This document shows, in pieces, positions 63,861 through 64,000 of a DNA stretch of 64,000 nt. The first letter of the stretch is position 1, and the number at the start of each line of letters is the position of its first letter. Location: sequence record PP449093.1, one strand, 5' to 3'. The stretch comes from Escherichia coli phage phiS. The position numbers and the translations under genes were made by a program. The notes under the pieces were generated by a model that made no database searches, was not told where the DNA came from, and worked only from the letters and a program-made list of their open reading frames with translations.

Positions 63861-64000
63861 ATGGCAACTATTAATCAGATGTATACTGATTTGGATCTCA
63901 ATATATCCAGATCGTGGAATAACGACGTTAAAAAGAACATAGGGATTAAAGCGGTTAAGGATTCTATTCTACTGATCGTGACTACTCGCAAGGGATCTCG
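63861..64000 (+). CDS. 25: baseplate wedge subunit gp25 (5 prime partial, continues past window end)
   Basis: N-terminus MATINQMYTDLDLNISRSWNNDVKKNIGIKAVKDSILLIVTTRKGS resembles T4 gp25. Confidence 0.75.
   Translation, partial: MATINQMYTDLDLNISRSWNNDVKKNIGIKAVKDSILLIVTTRKGS

Noticed and set aside
1-64000. tRNA or other structured RNA genes
   Set aside because: No cloverleaf-compatible 70-90 nt intergenic segments were seen; intergenic gaps are filled by promoters and terminators. Not formally scanned.

Overview
This window is a T4-like (Tevenvirinae-type) myovirus genome segment, read in the direction of early transcription. Gene order follows the T4 map: topoisomerase II large subunit (gp39, unsplit) - rIIA - rIIB - topoisomerase II medium subunit (gp52) - a block of small early genes - holin t and the long tail fibre cluster gp38/37/36/35/34 (minus strand) - rnh - dsbA - gp33 - gp59 - gp32 - frd - td - nrdA - mobE-like HNH - nrdB - denA - RNA ligase 1 - spanins - pseT (Pnk) - cd - gp31 - DNA ligase gp30 - a second block of small early genes - Alt-like ADP-ribosyltransferase - baseplate hub/tube genes gp54/48/29/28/27/51 (minus) - gp26 - gp25 (partial). 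All assignments rest on reading the translated ORFs against remembered T4 proteins and motifs; no database search was run. The early regions carry at least 22 copies of a stereotyped sigma70-like promoter cassette (AAAAGTTGTTGACA, 16-18 nt spacer, TATAAT-like -10, conserved leader, GGAGAATCA Shine-Dalgarno), many with a GC-rich hairpin in the spacer or around the -10. The strongest candidate for an undescribed system is a three-gene module at 51.65-53.24 kb: a compact C5-cytosine-methyltransferase-fold protein, a zinc-ribbon protein and a DUF262/ParB-like protein. Other lineage-specific genes worth follow-up are a CYTH-like protein, a NADAR-like protein, a secreted LprI-like protein, a second ADP-ribosyltransferase and a cysteine-rich nuclease-like protein. 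No tRNA, rRNA or CRISPR array was found. Note that many ORF-track starts are TTG/GTG codons inside promoters; starts were moved to the ATG behind the Shine-Dalgarno where that was clear.
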